DNA of 64,000 nt from Eledone cirrhosa (Eukaryota): the NCBI GenBank assembly GCA_964016885.1, contig OZ024742.1, positions 207,390,001 through 207,454,000 on the forward strand, given 5' to 3'. Under the pieces are notes generated by a model. It was not told where the DNA came from. It saw nothing but the letters and a program-made list of their open reading frames with translations, and ran no database searches. Both the position numbers and the translations under genes were made by a program. Below are positions 57,395 to 64,000 of the stretch, piece by piece (the first letter of the stretch is position 1; each line of letters opens with the position of its first letter).

Positions 57395-57579
57395 TAATTG
57401 TTTCTACTTTAGGCACAAGGCCAGCAATTACCCAGTGCATTACTGGTACTTTATTTTATCGATCCCGTAAGGATGAAAGGCAAAGTCAACCTCGGCGGGA
57501 TTTGAACTCAGATCGTAAAGGGACGTAACTATGCTGGAAAGCATGGCGTCCGACCCTCTACTGATACTGCCAATCCACC
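57395..57579 (-). mobile_element. tRNA-derived SINE copy with 18-bp TSD
   Basis: acctttggactacataat at 57381 and 57577. Confidence 0.92.
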
Positions 57580-58092
57580 TTTGGACTACATAATAAATGT
57601 GAAACAGAGTTAAGAGAATTTCGAAATTATACAAATCAAAAACGTATGATATGCATATACTAAATTTTGCTTTGGCATTTATCGAAAAAGAAAATCCAGA
57701 ATTGAAGATCCTTAGTTAATTACTGAGAATACATGATAAAGATCGATGTGGAACCATCGTATGAAAGTAACTGTAGGCACTACACATATGTACACATACA
57801 TGGAAAGGTCACAAACGCCCCAACGTCGGAGCCACTGCCAATAAGGCTATATCATATGTGTATACATTCACACACGCACACATAAGTACACCCCACCCCA
57901 TATATAAATATGCATGTATCAATGTGTGTGTCTGTTAATTATTTAAAAATTATTATTAAGTGAACATGATTTTGAAAAGTATATTTAAAGTGAACGTGAC
58001 CCAACGGGTCACAGGTGGTCTAGTATAAATAATTAAAATATATACAGACATGTATATAATGTAAAATGAAATAGGGAGGTCCACATATATCT

Positions 58093-58154
<62 letters not shown>

Positions 58155-59059
58155 GTGTGTGTGTGTATGGGTGTGTGTGTGTGTATTCATATATATGTGT
58201 GGGTGTCTGTGACCTATATACACTGGGCACAGACACACACACACACATATACACACAAACTTAGAAATCCTTCCTATTTACCAGGAAATATTCTCTACAC
58301 ATATGCATATATGATACATATGACTAAATATTCAGTCACTAAATTCGAGTAAGATATTATAGTAATGCTGTATTCGATTCTTTGAAGTCACCTGTTATAA
58401 TTTCATTCAACAACAACACCAGCTCTCTCTCTCTCTTTCTCTTCCATTTTCCTTCTCTGTCCCTTTCTTTCTCTCTCTCTCTCTCTCTCCATATCAATCT
58501 ATGCTCTCACAACCACTATTTCTTTCTCTTTATCTTATTTTCTCTCCCTCTCTCTTTATGAAGGTACCCGGAAAAACCCCTTATCTCGGGAACCTGTGAT
58601 CCTATCTACACAAAATTTGTTTCATTCCATTTGTATTGCCAATTCAGGGGCAACTTCCTTTCAAAGCATTTTCCCATTATGCGCCGTTTTGACTCTATCA
58701 AATTATAGACAAGCACACAAACACAGAGTTTTAGTAGATAGATAGTTAGATAGATTCGAAAATAAACAAATACCACCACCACCCAGTACACTACCACTAT
58801 AACCACCACCACACTATTACCAACACATGTTTTAAATTCATGTCAAATAATTCAACAAAATTACACCACCAATAAAAGAAAGATCTCCTCCACACCCGAA
58901 AAGTTTTATCTGACTGTTCCTCATAAAGGAATATCGGTAACATTTATCTGTTATTTCTATAAAGTTATATTTTAAAGGTGGAGGAAGGGATGGAGAACTT
59001 TGTGTTTCTTTACAGAAGATGAAAACTGTTGTTGTTTCAAAGTAAAAAATATTGTACTG

Positions 59060-60930
59060 TGATATAGAGAGGGAGTAATAATTTGATGGTTTAATGAATT
59101 GTGAGAGCGAGTGGTATATAGAGAGCGGGAGAGTATTTGTTGGTTTAATGAGAGGATGTTGTGAGAGTGAGAGAGAGTGAGGTATGTAGTGGAAGGTATG
59201 TAGTAAGGTATGTAGAGAGGGGGAGATAATTTGGTGGTCTAGTGAGAGAGGGGTAATTGAGAGAGTGTTAGGTATGTAGTGATATAGAGTGACGGAGAGA
59301 GAGAGTTTCGTGATTTAGTGAGAGAGGGAGACTTGGGAGAGTGAGTTAGGTATGTAGTGGGCTATAGAGAGCGGGAGAGAATTTATTGGTTTAGTGTGAG
59401 AGAGGGTATTGTTAGATTGAGAGAGAATGAGATGTGTAGTGGAATATAGAGAAGGGAACAGAATTGGTTGCTCTAGTAAGGGAGGGAAAATTAAGATAGT
59501 AACAGAGAATGAGGTATATAGCGGAATATAGAGGGGGGATAATTTGAGGTCTAGTGAGAGAGGGGGAATTGTGAGAGAGTAAGAAGTGTGTAGTGGGATG
59601 TAGAGAGCGAGAGAGAATTTGTTGATTTAGTGAGAGAGGGAAAATTATGAGAGTGAAAGAGAGTGAGGTATCCAGTGGAATATAGAGAGGCGGGGATAAT
59701 TTCGTGGTCTAGTGAGGGAGGGGGATTGTGAGAAAGAGCGACACAAGTAGTGGATTATAGAGAGGGGGTGAGAGTTTATTGGCCTGGTCTGAGAGGGGGT
59801 TTTGTGAGAGTGAGAGAGAGAGTGAGGTATGTAGTGGAATATATAGACGAGAGAATTTGGTGATCTTGTGAGAAAGGGGGTATTATGAACGAGAGTGAGT
59901 TATGTATTGGCATAGAACAGGAGAGTATTTTTTGGTTTAGTGAATGAGAGGGGGGTATGTAGAGATGGAGATATAGATTGGTGATTCAGTTAGAGAGGGG
60001 GAATTGAATGGGATTGAGTGGAATAGATTGAGGGGGAGGGAGTTTGTTGCTTTAGTGAGAGATGGGCAATTGTGAAAGAGAGTGTGGTATGTATCGAGAT
60101 ATAGAGAGGGGATTAAATATGATGGTCTAGTGAAAGAGGAGGAATTGTGAGAGTGAAATAGAGTGAGTTATGTAGTGGGATATGGAGAGTATAAAATAAT
60201 TTGTTGGTTTATTGAGAGAGGGGGAATTAAGAGATTACAAGGGAGTGTGGAATGTAGTGGAATATAAAGAGTGTGAGGTATGTTATAGAGAGGGGTGAGA
60301 GTTTATTGGCCTAGTGAATGAGGGTAAATTAAGAGATGGAAAGCTAGTGAGTTTTGTAATAGAATATAGAGAATGGGGAGTATTTAGTGGTCGAGTGAGA
60401 GAGGGGAATTTCTGAGAGAGTGTGAGGTATGTAGTGGGATATAGATACCGGGAGAGAGTTTGGTGGTTTATTAAGAGAGGGTGAAATGTGAGAGAATGAG
60501 ATATGTAGTGGGATATTGAGAGAAACAAAGAGTTTATTGGTATAGTGAGAGAGGGTTAATTGTGAGAGCGATAGAAAGTGAATCATGTAGTAGGATATAG
60601 TGAGGGGAGAGAGCTTTGTGGGCTATTGAGAGAGTGGGAATTACGAAAGTGATTGAGAGGGAGGTGTGTACTGGTATATAGAGAGGGGAGACAATTTGGT
60701 GATCTAGTGTAAGAGGCGGAATTGTGAGAGAGTGAGGTGTGAAGTGGGATATAGAGGGTGGCAAAGTGTTGGATTAATTAGAGAGGGGGAATTGTGAGAG
60801 TGAGAGTGTGGTATGTAATCGCATATTGAGAAGGGAAGAGAGTTTGGGTGTTTAGTGAGAGAGGGAGAATGTTGGTCTCGTGAGAAAGAGCGAGAGTTTA
60901 GTGGTATATAGAGAAGGGGAGACGAGTATA
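59060..60930 (+). repeat. Diverged ~80-bp tandem satellite (~23 units), G/A/T-rich and C-depleted
   Basis: Recurrent gtgagagagggggaattgtgagagagtgaggtatgtagtgggatatagagag..tttggtggtttagt at ~75-85 bp spacing. Confidence 0.9.
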
Positions 60931-61106
60931 ATGTTTAGTGGGGGGGGGGTGATATTTTGAGTGAGAGTGACAAAATAATTGTAGGACAGACACTGGTCTC
61001 TTGTAGACGCAGGACATGGCAGGGATGATGAGGGACAGTGACCGCTGGAGGGAACGCGTACATGGATCTCGGGAATTTTACCCGCCCTAGACATATATAT
61101 ATAAAG

Positions 61107-61361
<255 letters not shown>

Positions 61362-61792
61362 ATTTTTGAATTCATTACTGACGGCGATCAATTTGGAAAT
61401 GTTAGTCCTAACTGAGGGAGTCTCTTGAAAAGCTCGGAGCCTCATGGATAATGCAACGATTAGACATTTCCACAAAGTACGAGCGAAGCTATTGATAGTC
61501 GGGACTGGAAGAATTTGTAGTAACTTTCATCTATATTTTTTTCTTCAAACTTACATTTAGGCTTAGCTCCGTTTAATTGATTATTTGTCTAGTTAATTTC
61601 TACGGACTAAGAGGAAAGACTAGGTAAATTTGATCTGACTGTTCCTCATAAAGGAATATCGGTAATATTTATCTGTTATTTCTTCAAAGTTATATTTTAA
61701 ACTTAGCTCCGTTTAAATGATTATTTATCCGTTCGATTTCTTCTGACTAAGAAGAAAGAAATTGGATAAATTTTGTCTTACTATTCTTCAAA

Positions 61793-61875
<83 letters not shown>

Positions 61876-62941
61876 AAGAATAACATGGTCAACAGTACAA
61901 AAAAGGGTTTTATTTACAGTCTGACAATTGTTTCACTGATTAAGTTGTCTAAAAATTGCTGAACACTTGATGCAGTGCAACTCAGTATTAAATACGTTGT
62001 TAGCTTAACCAGATCATCGGAGATAACTGTTATATGTTGAGAATTCAAATTACAGCATCATTAATAATATTAATAATAAAGATAGAAAGATGAAAAAGAA
62101 AGAGAGATAGAAAGAAGAGAGAAAGATAAAAGAAAAAAAGAAAAAGGAGAAAGGAAGACAGAGAAAGATATAGAGAAAAAAGATAGAGAGAAAAGAGGAG
62201 AGAAAAGGATAAAGAAGAAATAAAGGTAAAGAAAAAAAGGGAAAATAATGATATCAACAATAAATGAATAAATGCTCATAAATAAGTTCTAATAAACAAG
62301 TTATATCGAGGATGATACAAAACAATACAAAATATGTAAATAAATAAATAAAAAATGTTTATATGTGTGAAGAAAAGTAAACATAGTAAGATTATTGAGA
62401 GTAGTTGTGGTATGGGTGGTTAAAATATAGAGATACGAAGGTATAAATATGAAAATGTTAAATATATTTATGTGTGTATTGGTTATTTTAATAAATTAAT
62501 TATATAATTAATTAATTATTTGATTGATTAATTGCAAGTTATATTAGAAGTGAAAATAATATGATAAGATAAAATAAGATAAAATCAAGAGATGAAATAA
62601 ATTTAAGGAGAGAAATAGAAAGATAGAAAGTGAAAGAGAGAGATATATAAAATATAAATATAAAATATAAAAGGTCATGATGTTTGTTCATTGATAGATG
62701 ATGACAATTATAATAATAATGATGATAATAGGATATTATAATATATCTAAGTGGTACAATTTGAGTTATGGAATAGATGGGATGAATTAAGTTGGTCTAA
62801 AGTTCTCAAATTTGGTCGCCGTTTTATCCCTACAGAAAATAATTCTTTCAATTTTACGTGAAACTTGTCTGATTTCATTTGTATTCCCATTATGTGCCGT
62901 TTTGGCTGTATTACAGAGACGCACACAATCACAGAGTTTAG

Positions 62942-63033
<92 letters not shown>

Positions 63034-64000
63034 AGAGAGAGAGAGAGAGGGAGAGAGATACTCATAGATGACATGTTGCCTAATGGTGGATGCATCTATC
63101 AGTGAATAATGGAAGAAATTCGTTATAAGCACTCAACGTCATATATTTTCTTCACAACATGATTTGTCAGTTGGAATATGTGTAGTAGAAGAAAAATAAG
63201 ACGTTATGTGCAGATGAATAATTATTGTTTAACTCCACATCAACAGAAGTGGATAGCAAAATTAATGCTAGGGTCTAGAAAGTAGAATTATATACTGAAA
63301 ATTAAAAAATTAAAACATCAGAATTAAAATTTAAAAATAAAATAAAAATAAAGATAAATTGGAAGATGTATAAATTAGTGTTAAAAATTAGAAATTAGGG
63401 TTCAACATTAGACACTAAATATCCAGAACTAATGATTAACAATTGAATGCTACGAGTAAAGAACGAAGTAGTGTCCTATTTTATGAAATACACGCTATAA
63501 TGTACGAGAGATAGGTGGAGAAAAGTATTAATCGTGTTAATAATAAGCCACAATAAGAATATGCTGAGAACCAATAACGAAAGATAGCAGAGAAATTTAA
63601 AGCACAAAAAGTAAAAATTATTCAATAAATTAGTTAATATCTCAGTCAATCATTTAAATAAGAATGCAAAAATGACAAGAATGAATAAAAAAAAAAATGA
63701 AAGAAAAAGAAAACGAAAACAAAGCCTAAAATGTAAAAATAAGTGAAAGGTGCCAAAATTGAAATAAAGTTACAAGCTTAAGGTGATAAAGTTGACGAAT
63801 TAGTGAGTTCAGTTATATTACCAGTGCCGAAGCAGTGGGTATACAAAACTGGTGTCCTTCCATGAGTACTTTGGTCTAGTATGTCCAATTAATCCGCATA
63901 TAAATTTACCGGCTGTCTATCCGTTGGACGAGGCGAGACGGGAAGAAAATTCAGTTTCCTTAGATGAAACTCGTTGCAAGTTTCCATTCGAAATGCGATA

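Noticed and set aside
59060-60930. Regular repeat array as a CRISPR-like locus
   Set aside because: Whole units are homologous with no unique spacers, there are no cas genes, and the context is eukaryotic.
61378-61412. CTGACGG...GAAA...TC as another hammerhead
   Set aside because: A9 is missing and stems I-III are too weak; single occurrence.

Overview
AT-rich, repeat-saturated animal genomic DNA with no recognisable host protein-coding gene, rRNA or CRISPR array. The SINE families and the extreme (TA)n/(CA)n/(TATG)n load suggest an octopod cephalopod (inference). Most ORFs in the track are microsatellite artefacts (IY/HT/ER/VC repeats). The real coding content is decayed retrotransposons: three Penelope-like elements (PLEs; RT plus C-terminal GIY-YIG) at ~3.5-6.0 kb (+), 23.4-26.8 kb (-) and 35.5-39.7 kb (+), an R4/Dong-type restriction-like-endonuclease LINE sitting in (TACA)n at 46.2-50.0 kb (-), and RTE/CR1-like remnants. 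There are also about nine tRNA-derived SINE copies, piggyBac and Tc/pogo MITEs and an ~80-bp satellite. The main signal is non-coding. At least 7 unrelated families of minimal type-I hammerhead-ribozyme (HHR) motifs can be read directly, almost all inserted in (TA)n. Many lie in fold-back palindromes carrying a motif on each strand. Two families have the compensated U3:A8 core instead of C3:G8, and one of these forms a 319-bp tandem, retrozyme-like unit whose homolog elsewhere in the window keeps the canonical core. Ribozyme activity, circRNA production and taxonomy are inferences that need testing.
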